From: Chrysomallon squamiferum
Lineage: Eukaryota > Animalia > Mollusca
NCBI GenBank assembly: GCA_012295275.1
Contig: CM022677.1
Coordinates: 20,956,001 to 21,020,000, forward strand
DNA length: 64,000 bases
Direction: 5' to 3'
This document shows, piece after piece, positions 16,901 through 32,700 of the stretch. Under the pieces are notes generated by a model. It was not told the origin of the DNA. It worked only from the letters and a program-made list of their open reading frames with translations, and did not search any database. The position numbers and the translations under genes are program-made. Every line of letters begins with the position of its first letter. The first letter of the stretch is position 1.

Positions 16901-17576
16901 GTCTGTTTGACTATACTATCTTTACGCCGTTAGGTCAACTCATTTGATCTTCTCTGTCAGAATAACGTATTTTTTTCCATATGTTAATACCGATGGATAA
17001 ATCAATTAATGTATTATTAATTATTTCTAACAAGAATTATATTTGAAATTTTGAATACAGCATCAAGAAAAAGACACTGACTTCTACAAGTTCAGGACTT
17101 GTGTGTTATGTAAAATACACAATAATGGTCTTGAACGTTCTTGATTTTGCGCTAACGATGGTAGTAACTACAAAACAATTAAACCTTCTGCATTTTGTTC
17201 GTAAAAAAGTTTACTGTAGTCGTTTAATCAGAATATCATAACATGTTGATTATGTTTATGTTGGCAAATTTGAACAAGATCGCCCATTGGTAACTAAGGT
17301 AAATACAGCACAATAAACTGAATGCTTTGAATAGCAGTATTCTGCGTTTTGCTGTTTCTGTCTCCGTCACGTGTTTATGACAAAATAACTCCCCTCACAA
17401 TCTATGGATCTTACATTATGACATGTCATAAGAAAGCAGAAAGGCTGCTCTTTTGAGGAGTGTAAATAACATATTTTTGAATTTTTTCCACAAGCGACTG
17501 TTGTTGTTTTTTTGTCTTTTGCGACACAAACACACACACACACACACACACACACATCTATCTATATGTACCTGTC

Positions 17577-17610
<34 letters not shown>

Positions 17611-17739
17611 AACATACACTCACACCAATTAAAAGAACAAAAATTAATATCACTGTTCAAGTTTTTCTTTATTTTTGATACAATTATTTATTTATTTATT
17701 TATTTTTGATACAATTATTTATTTATTTATTTTTGGTAC

Positions 17740-17776
<37 letters not shown>

Positions 17777-17802
17777 CTTCAGTTATCTTTTCATGCCTTA
17801 GT

Positions 17803-18413
<611 letters not shown>

Positions 18414-18519
18414 CTAAACAATAACAACAACAACAACAACAACAATGTATGGGGCAGACTGAAAAGTAATAACAAATAAAAGAAGAGGAACAGTAAATAT
18501 ACCACATCTGTTGAACTAG

Positions 18520-19750
18520 TAAGACAACCAGCACTACTACAACTACTAGCACTATTATTACTGCCATTAACACAACTACTACAAGTAACACTAGTACATC
18601 AGTAATACTACTACAACTACTAGCGCTATTATTACTACCACTAACACAACTACTACAAGTAACACTAGTACATCAGTAATACTACAACTACTAGCACTAT
18701 TATTACTACCACTAACACAACTACTACAAGTAACACTAGTACATCAGTAATACTACTACAACTACTAGCACTATTATTACTACCATTAACACAACTGAGT
18801 AACACTAGTACATCAGTAATACTACTACAACTACTAGCACTATTATTACTACCACTAACACAACTACTACAAGTAACACTAGTACATCAGTAATACTACT
18901 ACATCTACTAGCACTATTATTACTACCACTAACACAACTACTACAAGTAACACTAGTACATCAGTAATACTACAACTACTAGCACTATTATTACTACCAT
19001 TAACACAACTACTACAAGTAACACTAGTACATCAGTAATACTACAACTACTAGCACTATTATTACTACCACTAACACAAGACAAGTAACACTAGTACATC
19101 AGTAATACTACTACAACTACTAGCACTATTATTACTACCATTAACACAACTACTACAAGTACCACTAGTACATCAGTAATACTACTACAACTACTAGCAC
19201 TATTATTACTACCATTAACACAACTACTACAAGTAACACTAGTACATCAGTAATACTACTACAGCTATTAGCACTATTATTACTACCATTAACACAACTA
19301 CTTCAAGTAACACTAGTACATCAGTAATACTACTACAACTACTAGCACTATTATTACTACCACTAACACAACTACTACAAGTAACACTAGTACATCAGTA
19401 ATACTACTACAAGTAACACTAGTACATCAGTAATACTACTACAACTACTAGCACTATTATTACTACAATTAACACAACTACTTCAAGTAACACTAGTACA
19501 TCAGTAATACTACAACAACTACTAGCACTATTATTACTACCACTAACACAACTACTACAAGTAACACTAGTACATCAGTAATACTACTACATCTACTAGC
19601 ACTATTATTACTACCACTAACACAACTACTACAAGTAACACTAGTACATCAGTAATACTACTACAACTACTAGCACTATTATTACTACCACTAACACAGC
19701 TACTACAAGTACCACTAGTACATCAGTAATAGTACTACAACTACTAGCAC
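18520..19750. repeat. ~74-bp minisatellite (AACACTAGTACATCAGTAATACTACTACAACTACTAGCACTATTATTACTACCA..) in lectin intron 2
   Basis: Clear periodic array with 3-nt and partial-unit length variants; paralogous array at ~40020-41080. Confidence 0.9.
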
Positions 19751-19852
19751 TGCGTTTCCTACAATGTTATCAGACGAAGGTCACTACCAGTACACAATCT
19801 ACTAGTATCACCACCACAACCACCATCACCACTACTACTATAACTACTTCTT

Positions 19853-20330
19853 GAACCTTGAAACTTTGGGCTAGCTTTGATAAGCTTCTGACAATATACT
19901 TATCTCCCTTGTTTTTTGTGGGTTTTCTTTTTTGGTATAGTCCTTGTGGAGTGTATTATTAATGGGTTATTTGTTTACTGTATATAAAATAATTTATAAT
20001 TTATGTTAATTTAGTTAATTCATTGTACGGTGTACGATGACCGATTCTCTTTCTAACTACGATTCTGTGACTGATTCTGTATTTGAACTTAGGCTTCCCC
20101 CAATGTAAATTATTTAGTTTCTTTCATTTTCTTATAAATGCTTGTAAATTAATAAATAAATCAAGCTCTACTCGTTCTCATGTGTTATTTATATAGTCAG
20201 TGTATTATGCCATCACGATGTATGTGCATGTGTGTGTGTTGCAGACGTATAGAGGAGAAATTTACAGAAGTTAAAATGTTGTCTTCTTGTCTCATACTGC
20301 TGTGTGTGTAAGTGTGCGTGTTTGTGTGTG
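19853..20330. repeat. Extra copy of a ~470-bp block also at ~15797-16270 and ~37287-37750
   Basis: Shared GAACCTTGAAACTTTGGGCTAGC..GTCTCATACTGCTG sequence. The start of this copy coincides with the truncation point of the lectin duplicate. Confidence 0.8.
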
Positions 20331-20764
20331 TGTGTGTATTGGTGTGTATGAATGTGTGTATGTGTGTATGTGTGTCTGTGTGTGTGTTTGTGTGTGTGTG
20401 TATGTGAGTATGTGTGTGTATGTCTGTATATGTGTATGTATGTGTGTGTGTGTGGAAAAGTGTGCATTTTTATAACTGTATGTAAATTCATTTTCTATGT
20501 CTGTGGATTTGTCAATATTTTGTTTCCTCTCTGATGCACTAAAGTGAGGTGCAGATATTACAATTGCACATATTTATACTGCTGCTACTACTACTACTAC
20601 TACTACTACTACAAATACTACAAATAATAACAATAATAATAATAATAATTTCAAAAACTGTCAGGAAAAAAATTCGGTTATGTTTCAGATACAATTATTT
20701 GTTTTATTAATGGCAAACTTGTGTGACGTCACATCCGCTTACTTAACACTTTGTAACTTTGATA

Positions 20765-20834
<70 letters not shown>

Positions 20835-20910
20835 ATCGTCCATATGATCAAGATAAAATTCTCGAAAGTTCTATTCATTATAAATTGATACGTGGATGCC
20901 GAGCAGTATC

Positions 20911-20949
<39 letters not shown>

Positions 20950-20965
20950 CTTTGACATTTAACAG

Positions 20966-21230
20966 AGGGTTGGTACTGTCAGGCAGGATTTACGAGATTC
21001 AGATCTCACTGCTACTGGGTTTCACCGCGGTCGTTGACAGCCTCCTGGATTGAAGCTAGCGTGAGTATCCTTTTCTTCTTTCTTATTTTAATCATCTTTA
21101 TCAGCATCAGCATCGTCACCTTCTAGCTTATGTAATTAAAGGACAACAGGATCAAAACGATGCGATATAAATTAATAAAAATATTTATGAACCTTTTCAC
21201 ATTTAAAAAAATTAGTGCAAAGTTTTTGAA

Positions 21231-21261
<31 letters not shown>

Positions 21262-22315
21262 GATATATATTAGAATATCTTCAAATACTAGAGTCTATGT
21301 AATGGATCAGGTGATGAAAGAAAATGAGATTTTTGTCGTAAAGATTTTATGAAAAGTTCTGTTTCGAAACCAGGATAACATAGTATAGTTTACGTGATGG
21401 AAAGATAGAACAATGCTTGTCCTGTTTCAGTAGGTCAACTGCACACCGTAATTTACTTGTGCTTTTGAACTTATGTTTTGGATGCATGTTATCTTGTAGA
21501 CATATCTTCCGCCACGTTCAAACAAAATTAGAGAAAAGATTAAACGACTTGGGATTAAAGATTCGTCTAATCCAAGTGCTTTTTAATTCTGTTATAAAAT
21601 ATATTTATTTATTATTTAGTATCTCCGTTTTCATAATATGGATTCTAAACTACACTTAAGAGTATTATTTTTATTTTTATTATTTACTTTTTTTTAATTT
21701 TATTTTTAATTTTTTTCAGAACCACCTTTCTAGATAAATTATAACATCTTTACTTGTTTCGAAAACGTTTCTTCTGGGTTAGATAATGCTTTAAAGAAAT
21801 GTTTTAGTTTCGAATTATTAAACATTTTAAAACTTATCCTTCCTAAAGTGCACAGTTATTCTAGTAGATATTTCGTTTGTCCTGTTATTACTGAATCGTA
21901 GGTTAGTTCAGTAGTTTTATATAAATTCACTGGAAATATAATTATTACGTCAGTGAATTCTAATATGGTGCAGACCAGCTACTGTATGGTCTCGGTGAAA
22001 AGTTGAAGTCCAAACATTCTTTATTTTCCCTCTATATTTACAGATAAATTATACATTATTAATTTGTGCACACACAGAAACACACACACAAACACACAGA
22101 CAAAGTCACCCACACATAGATATGTATACATATGAATATTTTCACTTTTATATTTCAGCAATATTGTCATTTCATGAATTCTTATCTGATCGCAATCAAT
22201 TCACCACTTGAAAACAGATACATTGAAAACATGCTGAGAAGAGGGGGACGTGGTAAGTTTAACAAACATTTGTATGTATTTGTATTGGTGTGAATATACG
22301 TGTGTATGTGTGTGG

Positions 22316-22390
<75 letters not shown>

Positions 22391-22667
22391 CCTATAGGAT
22401 TGTGTGATATTTTATTGATTTGTATTGACAGACGAATACTGGATCGGAGCTAGCAGCATACAGAGTGGTACTTTTGAGTGGATGTCCGGAAAACCTCTTT
22501 CATACTCAAACTGGAATCCAGGTGAGCCAAACAATAATGCTGGTGGAGAGCACTGCGTTGATATCGCAAAACGAAGGAATTATCGATGGAATGACGAAAA
22601 GTGCAACAAGCTATTTGGATTTGTGTGTGAACAGAAAAATAAACATGATCACTTAATAAATATTTGA
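20966..22667 (+). CDS. C-type lectin with canonical EPN and WND motifs (Ca2+-dependent, mannose/GlcNAc-type); first exon not resolved
   Basis: Exons 20966..21060 (GWYCQAGFTRFRSHCYWVSPRSLTASWIEAS), 22159..22252 (QYCHFMNSYLIAINSPLENRYIENMLRRGGR) and 22432..22667 (DEYWIG..WNPGEPNN..EHC..WNDEKC..FVCEQ). All GT-AG, phases 1/0/1 as in the minus-strand lectin. Confidence 0.85.
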
Positions 22668-23804
22668 TCAAAGTAAAACTTGTTTCTAAAACACACTCAA
22701 ATAAACACACACACACAAACACGCACACAGCTTTTAAATATATAGTGGTGCATATGAGAAGAAAAAATAATGGATTTTATATATTTCTTTTAGATTTTCT
22801 AAAATTTATTTCCTTATGAACTAGGTTGCAATAAAATTTCACATGTTTATTTCAATATTTATTCTTTATTTTCTTTCATTACTTTTTAACATGTGAATCT
22901 GAAAATACTCAATGAATCTGTCAAGTTTGTAAGAAAAAGTGAATCAAGAACTTTTAAACCCTCTTACCTCTACCAATAGCAGATGTAACGGTGTTAAATT
23001 GGACTGAGATTATGAACTGCCTAAAAAGGGGATGACAAAGTTCCATTAGCCAGTTATTGTATGTTCCTGTAAAACACGTGTTACTTTAAAAGAGAAAACT
23101 CTGAACATTCTAGAACATCTTGAGGCAGATGAAGCACTGACTGCTGATCACTGTAGACTGAAACCTTCCACCACTTTCCACTTACAAAACTACTACAGTC
23201 ACAGTTACAGTGACAGTGTAGTTGTAGGCCTGCTAGAGAACACGTAGTAGCAGTAGTAGCTCTTGTTGTTGTAGTAGTAACATTTGTTGTTATTGCAGGA
23301 TAAGCTGCTGTGGTTGTAGCAGATATAGTAGAGTTATGGCAACAATGATAGAAGTTGAGAAATTGTTAGAACTGAAACAAATGCTTGACCATCTGTCAAA
23401 GAACACAGCTTTCAGTCTCAGTAACGTGTATTAGTTACACACAAATACACACACAGAGAAGAGTTTTTTCTATACTACTACTACTACTACTACTGCTACC
23501 ACTACTACTTCTGCTGCTACTACTTCACCGGACATTTTTTCCTATCCCTTTAATCAGTGACCGAGGGTAATTACCAGTTCCAACTCTGCAATCCTTTCAT
23601 TGTCTTTCGTCATTGTTTTCAGGTGTTAGGAATGTATTTAGTATCAATATTATCTGTCTTACGTGATTACAATCTGCACTCTGATTGAACAAAAGTCGAG
23701 GTGATGGACACCTGTCCTTTTATTGACAGGGAAATACTCAGTGTCATGTTAAGAGACACGCTGCCGGCTATTACATCCTCTGAAGAAACTAAAGCAATAT
23801 GCAG

Positions 23805-23885
<81 letters not shown>

Positions 23886-24083
23886 ATCATGTGAAGAAGA
23901 GAAGAAGAAGAAAAAAAAACAATGATGTTAATTATAATACTACATTAATGTCTGTCTGACACACACACTCACAGACAGACACTCTCTCTTATGTGTGTAT
24001 GTGTATATATCTTAGTGGGCGGATTATGATTTAGACCAGGCTTTTAAATACGTATTATTACTATTTTTATTAGTATGATTATG

Positions 24084-24128
<45 letters not shown>

Positions 24129-25518
24129 TTAATACTATTTCACGTATTTTAAGATACATTAAATGATTAAACGAAGTATTTTCTCTCTACCGAATGTTAC
24201 ATTCGATACGATCCAGTTCATTGTTAAGTTTACACAAGATTTATTTTTGTCCACGACGTATTTTATCTGTGTCAGTGACGTGGTCTTCCACAATCAGCTG
24301 ATTGTTGTCGTTTTACAGAAGAGAGAAGTATTTGATATCAGCGTCAGCCACTTTGCTTGAAGGATACGCATTCTGATTTCATTGACTATTTTGTATTATT
24401 GCTATTATTTATTTATTACTGCTAATTACATGCAGCTCTCCACAACTGAGAAAAATGCAAACAATTAACATTGTCTGACAATCTTTATTACTCCATTCTA
24501 ACAAATCGATGGGCGAACCTGAAAAGAGTGTCAGAGGGGACGGACGCACCTCTAACCTTTGCACGGGCCTGGAGCCAACTCTGACTGAAATGCAATAAGC
24601 GACGTAATTTTGTAAAACTATTACTTATAACAGTGAACAACTTTTATAAAATGTTGTTGTTGTTTGTGTTTTTCACTCAGAAAATTTGTCATTTTTGAAT
24701 AGTAATATTGAACTGTTTTCATTATTATTCTGACTTATGTAATGACTTCAGATTAGCAAAATGGAGAGATTTGACAGTCAACTGAATATATTTGCTGTCG
24801 CGTATTTACCTAAGTTTATTTTGTAAAACGGTTTGGCTGGGTGTACTAGAAACGTGACTAACACTAAATTACGTTTCGCCTCGATTAACAGATACAACGT
24901 AAACTGGGTACCTCACTTGAGATTTATAAAGACATGTTTTAAATCCGGGTGTTAGAGATCTTTGTTCATTTGTTTCTCTATTGTGCATGTTCAAGTTAGT
25001 TTGACAAAAGGGACTGATTGACAATAATCTCAGTGACGCTACTGAGATTTGTAGAAATTAATGGTGAGAAAGAAACCTAAAATAAACTGTTCGACTCACA
25101 GACAAATCGACAGAGATCCAACTACAAAACTGATCGCATTATAACCGTACTTAGATTTGTAGAAATTACCTTATTATTATTATTATTATTATTATTATTT
25201 ATTATTATTATTATTATTATTTAATGTTATTTATTTATTTATTTAATATTCGTTTTATTTCAGATTTGTAACACTTCTTACCAATTTATCTATTGACCTG
25301 TGATGTTTGCAGACATAAAAATAATAATAACACCAACAACAACGACAACAGCAATAAAGACAAACAGATAGATTCACGAGTGTACACAGACAGTGAGAGA
25401 CGTTTTTTTTTATGTTTTTTTATAATGTAATGAATATAACAGCTAATATAATTTCGGACTGTAACAATATAAAGCTATATAATATATAGAGGTAGAAAAA
25501 GCATTATTATTATTGTTA

Positions 25519-25585
<67 letters not shown>

Positions 25586-26504
25586 GTGTACGTGACTAAA
25601 AACACACGTTCCCTTTGTATTCTGCTTTTCAAGTGTACCAGTTCTCGTGACAGGCTGTGACAAATATGCTAAGTTTAGTTTACGACACGATTACAAATCT
25701 TCGTCTCCATTCGTCGTGGTTATTTATAAATCTTACAAAGACACCCGCAATTTTCTGTCCAAGTTTAAAATGTTATTACTGCGTTATATATTTATTAAAT
25801 AAAAATAAAATTATATGAATAAAAATATAATAAAAAACCCCAGTAATATGCTACCTAATTTGTATTGATTTTAACATATCTCTCTCTCCGGTTTTTCATT
25901 GTTTTTATTTATTTATTGATTGATTTTTTAAATAGCTTACAAAAACAACATATTCCGCCACATTGGCATTTAAGCAAAGATTTATTTTTGTATGGGAAAT
26001 ATATTATCTTCCTGTTTCATACACACAGACGCACAACAAACACACACCTACAGAAATGTATATACAAATACACAAACACGTGCACATGCACACACACATA
26101 TACATACACATACACATACTCAAAAGGTATAAACAAAACACACAGACACTCACACACACATAAATACATACACATATATATAGACATACTTACATTATAG
26201 ATATAGAGATAAAAAACACACATTCTAAGGGAGACACATGCGGAGACATATAAACATGCACAAAAGACATACAAAGACACACGAAAATACATACAAGCAA
26301 AAACAACACACATACACAGGCTCGCACAAACACTCACAATCACATCCGCACACAGCTGACATGGAACTGAGCAGACATCGTCTGCTGATATTTACTTCTA
26401 TTTTATCTTGCGCAATCACTAATAATGTACCAATACAACTACTATTACTACCATTACTTGTTTAGTTATTAATACCACTAGTGCTATTAGTAGTAGTAGT
26501 AGTA

Positions 26505-26538
<34 letters not shown>

Positions 26539-27227
26539 TGTTGTTTTCCTCATTTTATTTTTGTTTGTTTGTTTTTCCTTTGTTTGTAATTAACACTAAT
26601 TGATAAATTTTACAAACATGTTTTTTTCTTCTTTCCTATAAAAGGGTTAGACTGGTTGTACTCTAAACGTGACTAATCAGTAAAATAAGTTTCGCATCGG
26701 TTAACAAACAAAATGCAAACCCCTCTCAAATTGTGACACTGCAGTTCAGAAACTGAGCTCAAATCGTTTCTAATACTTAGCTAAGAGCAAACAAAAAATG
26801 TATTATTATTATATATATATATATGTATATCTGTGTGTTATACTACTACTACTATTATTTATACTACTACTACTGGTTCAATTAATACTACTACTACTAC
26901 TACTACTAACAATAAAACTGTCAAATTGTTTTTGTTATTGTATTTTATTTCAGTTTTTTTTTGTAATTAACACGTATGATAAATTTCCCCTTTCTTTGCT
27001 GTCTCGTATTGATTTTTACCTGACTTAATTTTCATAAGACTGGTTGAACTCTAAACGTGACCAACCAGTAAAATATGTCTCGCCTCAGTAAACAAACAGA
27101 AACGTAATCGTCTCTGAAATGATAACACTGATTTTCAAACATTGACATGCAATCATTTCTAATATTTGGCCAAAAGCAAATTTCAAATTAGTTTATCCAT
27201 TCATAGAGATGTAAAAGCTACAAAAAA

Positions 27228-27286
<59 letters not shown>

Positions 27287-27734
27287 AATAAAATAATTAA
27301 ATAACTAAAAAAACTAAATGATAAAAGTCGAAGAAGAAAATGTGTGTATCTCAGTAAGATGTATCATGTTTCTCTGATCTTCTGCCAACGAGTTGTGTGT
27401 CTATTATTACTTGTGTGACAGACTATGACAAACATTTTTAACTTTAATTAAGCTGATCAGATTATACTCAGTCAGTTACAGTTATCATTGCTCTTTACTT
27501 TACTAAAAGAACATAAATATTTTAAGATATGTTTTTCGACTAAAAACAGACAAATTTGGTAAAAAAAAATGAACGTTTGCACCCCTTGTTCTTTTTTCAG
27601 TTGGAATCTTCCTTTCACTGAGTGTCGTCTCTCAAAACTGGCTTCTCCGCACAAATAGCGATAGCCACACATCGGGATTGCAAACGATACATTTTTCCTT
27701 TCCTTTCGCTTGCTGTTGTTGTTGTTGTTGTTGC

Positions 27735-27804
<70 letters not shown>

Positions 27805-27813
27805 TTCCCCGAC

Positions 27814-28147
27814 ATGGGAACAGCTTCAAGTTGCGAAAGCCAAATATCTTGTTCCCTTTGCTTGGATGTTTTCAAGAAACCACGTTGTCTATACTGCGGA
27901 CATTCCTTCTGTACGAAATGCCTGAAGGAATATATAAACAAAAAATACAGTTACACAGACACACACATCAGCTGCTATTGTTTAGATACAGTAATTATTT
28001 GACTAATAATATTTATGTCGTGTATTAAACATCGTAGCAGGCTCATAAAGAAATACAGAACATTTTTTTAGGTAAAAGCTTTAGTGTACTCTCTTTTAAT
28101 TTACTCTTTTTTTATGAATACCAGTAATACTAGTTCTACTTATCTCA

Positions 28148-28218
<71 letters not shown>

Positions 28219-29631
28219 TTATGAGATTTAATATTATTATTAATTGATTTTCTATCACATTTCAACTGGAAAGGGAGGTCACATTTCACATCTCACTTCT
28301 ATTACTGAAAGTCTGAAAAAGTTTAGAGAAATTCTTCAGTCAGAGATAGACAAGATTGAAAAACTTCGACAAGACATCGACAAGACATCGACATCAAAGT
28401 CGTGGACACTACAGAAGAGGTCAGAAGGATTGGTAACACACTAATCACAGATTTTACTGCCGCAGTCCACAAAGAACAAGACAGGTTAATAAGAGAAATC
28501 GAAAAATCTCAAAAAACTTTTAACACAGAAATACAAACAGATTTTTCTGAACATAAACATCTGATTGAAGAAAACGAAAGAATGATCAAACTTGGTGAAG
28601 ATTTGGTACGAAATAAGTCAGAATCTGATATTAAAATAAATATTTCAAAATTCACCACATTTCAAAATACAACTTCCGAGTTTCTGGACAAATCTCTTTC
28701 AAAAGTTGATAAAGTCGACTTTAAGATAAATCTGAGAAAATGTGATAAAAAGAATGGCATATCTGTCCACATTGGAGAAATTGCTACAAACATTGAAACA
28801 AACACACAGATAGACAGACTGAGAGACACACTCAAACACACATACACCATTTATGCAACAACACAAGAAGATGAACGTGATCCTTTACTGGAGTCAATCT
28901 TGGTGTCAGACGAGAACAACAGTAAAGTTGTTGCAAGTGATTCTTCCAATGGCTGTGTTAAATGTTTGTGTTTGAAATGTAAATCAGTGATAAACAAGCA
29001 TGTATCTTCCGGGGCACCATACGGTCTTGCTGAATCACGTGCTCAGCAGAGCGATGTTGTTCTTCTTGTTGCTATGCCACACGAAAATGAAATAGTATTC
29101 CTGAATTTGGAAAACTTCAAAATGATCAAATCAATTAAAACAGATAAAAGGTATTACTATATCGATGCGTTACCCGGCAACCGTCTCGCGGTAACTGGGT
29201 GGAAAGCTCAGTACTTGGACATACTAACAGACAGTGGTCAGCTACTTAATTCTATCTCAACAGATTTGATCCCGAAACCGTCGTTTCTCACAGTTCACGA
29301 TCAATGTCTGATTGTTGTGTCAGAGAGAGACAATGTATACAGTTTATTTTGTGTGACGTCATCGGGTGACGTCAAATGGGAGTCACGTGATTCAGAAAGA
29401 CTGAAAGACATGACAGATATTAAATGTGACATCCAAGGGAATATTTTTGTTTGTGATATGAAAAGAAATTGTGTTCTTCAGTTCTCAGGGGATGGACAAT
29501 TTGTACGTGACATTCTCACTCACCAGGATGGATTGTCTACACCTTGGTCTGTCTACTGCCATGGTAAGAAACTGTATGTGAGAAAGTTGAACGGACAAAT
29601 AAAAGTAAACTTCAAACTGTCTGCTAAGTGA
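27814..29631 (+). pseudogene. TRIM-like RING-coiled-coil-NHL pseudogene (paralog 3) retaining a 409-codon CC+NHL ORF
   Basis: RING is truncated after THISC by a deletion that removes the last CxxC and the donor, and runs into intron sequence homologous to 3497-3575. Acceptors are mutated (ccccg at ~27811, ttcaa at 28265). An 11-bp duplication CAAGACATCGA at ~28370-28391 shifts the frame. A small deletion removes the normal stop (compare 5056-5100). Confidence 0.8.
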
Positions 29632-30508
29632 GTTTCACTTTAACTGTTTATACGTCATATTTTCGTTATATTTATATTACGTAATATCTCTCTCTCTCTC
29701 CGTCTCTCTCTCTCTCTCAATATTCGATTATTTTTTAAACAGTCTATTTCAAAGAATATGATACGACATTCTTTATATACTTGTATATACTTCAATGTAA
29801 TCCAAAAGAAGAAAGAAACCCAGTAAAATATTTATATTGTATTACATATCAATATTAAACAATAAAATAATGTATTTCTATTTTATCACGCAGACCTGTG
29901 ATGTTGGCAGTGCTAAAATTAAATACTGTGACGTCACTCGTAACAGAAATGTGAATAGTGTAAATCATATCCAGATACACATACATACATACGTACACAC
30001 AGATACGTAGATACATATATGCATTCATACATACATACATACAGACTCGCTGACATTGGTAAAATAATATAACAATTAGATATCTTTGTTACAATAAAGA
30101 TTAATAAATAATTTATTGCTACTTTTAAAAAAAATTATATCAAGGTTTGCGTGTAAAAAAAAAAGTTTAAAAACACTTTCACTTGAACAGTTTTGTTCAT
30201 GAAAATAACTCCACTCTTCCGTTCTACTGCACTGAAACTGTGTTTGAACTACGATAATAAAAACAACAAATTAACAAGAAAAGACATCTGTTTAATGATC
30301 ATTGATATTTTAAAAACTTTATTATTGTTATTTCATATTAACCACTGCACTCTTCTAATAAACGCTATTGAATATAAATATATAATTTTTCTGAATAAAA
30401 TTAATTAAATGTATCCATTGTTATGTCTTACCTAATTAGATTTGTACTACATATATATATATATACATATTCACTGTTAAATAAAATACGTCATATTTTC
30501 GTAGTAGC

Positions 30509-30557
<49 letters not shown>

Positions 30558-31934
30558 TTGTCTGAAACACTATATAAAATGTTCTGTTCACAAATATGAA
30601 GAATGTGTTTTGCCATTAATACGTACAAATAACAACAAATAATATCTGATATTTCAAAAACATGATCCTCGTTTTCTTTGTACCAGTGTTACATTCGATA
30701 TGCATTCCAGTGTTACATTCCACTTCGTTGTCGTTTTACAGAAGAGAGAAATATTTGATACCAGTGTCAGGTCACAGGCACGTTCACATACGGGTCTGTC
30801 TTGACCCACATTTTTTTAAACACATTTCCACTGAGCATTTGATGAAAATCAAATACACACAGATAAAATTGTCAGCCACTTTGTACTACTTTCTTCTCAT
30901 TCATCGACGGATGGACGTAGGAAGACTGTGAGGTTGTGGGTAAGCTCCACTCCCAACCTCCCCTGCGTACAGGCCTAGGTCCTTTCTCTCACTGAAATAC
31001 TTAAGTCGAGGCACTTTTGATATAACAAAATGTACGAATTGAAATATTTAATATTAGATACTCTGAAACGTTTTCTTTTTTTCTTTCTTTTTCACTGCAG
31101 ACATTTTTCACATATTGATCTGTTTATTATATTATTCTGTATTGCGAAACAATTTCAAATTCTGAAAAGAGGAGAACGGGCAGCTAACTTAACATACACA
31201 CACATACATACACAAAATTATTATTATTAGTAGTATTAGTATTAGTATTAGTATTAGTATTAGTATTCCTGTGTGAAAGATTGTAAAAATGTTCAGTTCA
31301 CAAAATATCAAGGATGTTGTTTGATATAAAATGTACAATCAACAACAAATAATAACTGGTATTTCAAAAACGTGATTATCATTTTATATTGAATTTACGA
31401 TACTCTTTAAAAATACCAGATGTCTTCAAAACGTGAATAGGTGTGAAACTGGAAACCTTACTGGAAATCTTAGATTCGAGTTTTAAGTCCAGGTGTTAGA
31501 GATCATGTTTCTTCTTTTGGTCATCTTCTTCTTAAGAATTAACAGTTTCAGTAATTCAATAAATCACAATAGAATGAAAGTTTTATATTGAATGCCTTTC
31601 GTAAATAAGTTACATGTTTTCTTCTCCTTCTTCTTTTTTCCTGAGAGTGAAATTAAGTTGATTTTTAAAAATATTTTAAAACTAAAAACCAACTTTATAA
31701 CAAACAGATTTTTTATTTTTTTTTTTTAAAGTTTTAACAAGAACTGAAATTTAATTATCAAACAAATAGTATGACTTAATAACATGAAGGACATTTTATA
31801 CTTCAGTATTATTGTAAAAGTTATCACAAAAACAGAAACATATAGCGGAATGACGTCACATAACTTCAAGATTTCAAAACGAAACCGATGACTTATTTCT
31901 TACAAACCTGTAAAGTGTGTGTGTGTGTGTGTGC

Positions 31935-32028
<94 letters not shown>

Positions 32029-32510
32029 TGTCTCACTAAATTGTTAAATGTTCTGTGTTACACCAGTAAATGAGCAGTGATAATAAGTAATGTAAAATTT
32101 TATAAATGCAGTCAAATAACTAAATGACTGCAAACAACGAAAGAGAACGTTAACAACGAGTAAGTAAATAAAACGTATTATTATTGTATATTGAATTGAC
32201 GTTAGCTTCAAAAATAGACACCGTTCTCAAAACGTGACTTGATGTGAAACTGGTTATCTCACTGGATATATATTATTTTTGTTCTGTCCTTCTTCAAACC
32301 AGCTGTTGAGTCTATCATTATTAGATGTGTGACATACAGTGAGAAACATTTTTTAAACTTTAACTAAGCTGCAGAAGTTTTATCGCGTTAGATGTCATTT
32401 TGCTTCCTGTTTATTTTAATATAGAACATATTAATCGTTCAGGATTTCTTCTGAAAAGAAAGAAATGTGTTATAGATGACTTGTAAGCTTACACCCCTTC
32501 TTTGTTTCAG

Positions 32511-32648
32511 TTGGTATATTCCTGTTACTGAGTGTCGTCTGTCCAAACCGGATTCTCCGCACAAACAACTTCAACATAAATCGAGATTGCAGACGAATAC
32601 AGAAGAAAAGATTTCCAGGTGTTAAATTTTCCCTTTACTAACAAAAAG
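32511..32648 (+). promoter_or_regulatory. Putative non-coding 5' exon module of TRIM-like gene 4
   Basis: Paralog of 11493-11631 with donor AAG|GTAAGA at 32649. Confidence 0.55.
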
Positions 32649-32656
32649 GTAAGACA

Positions 32657-32700
<44 letters not shown>

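Noticed and set aside
18520-19850. Thr-rich mucin-like coding repeat (also 40020-41450)
   Set aside because: The main unit (74 bp, variants 71) is not a multiple of 3, the frame breaks between units, and the array lies in lectin intron 2 on the opposite strand.
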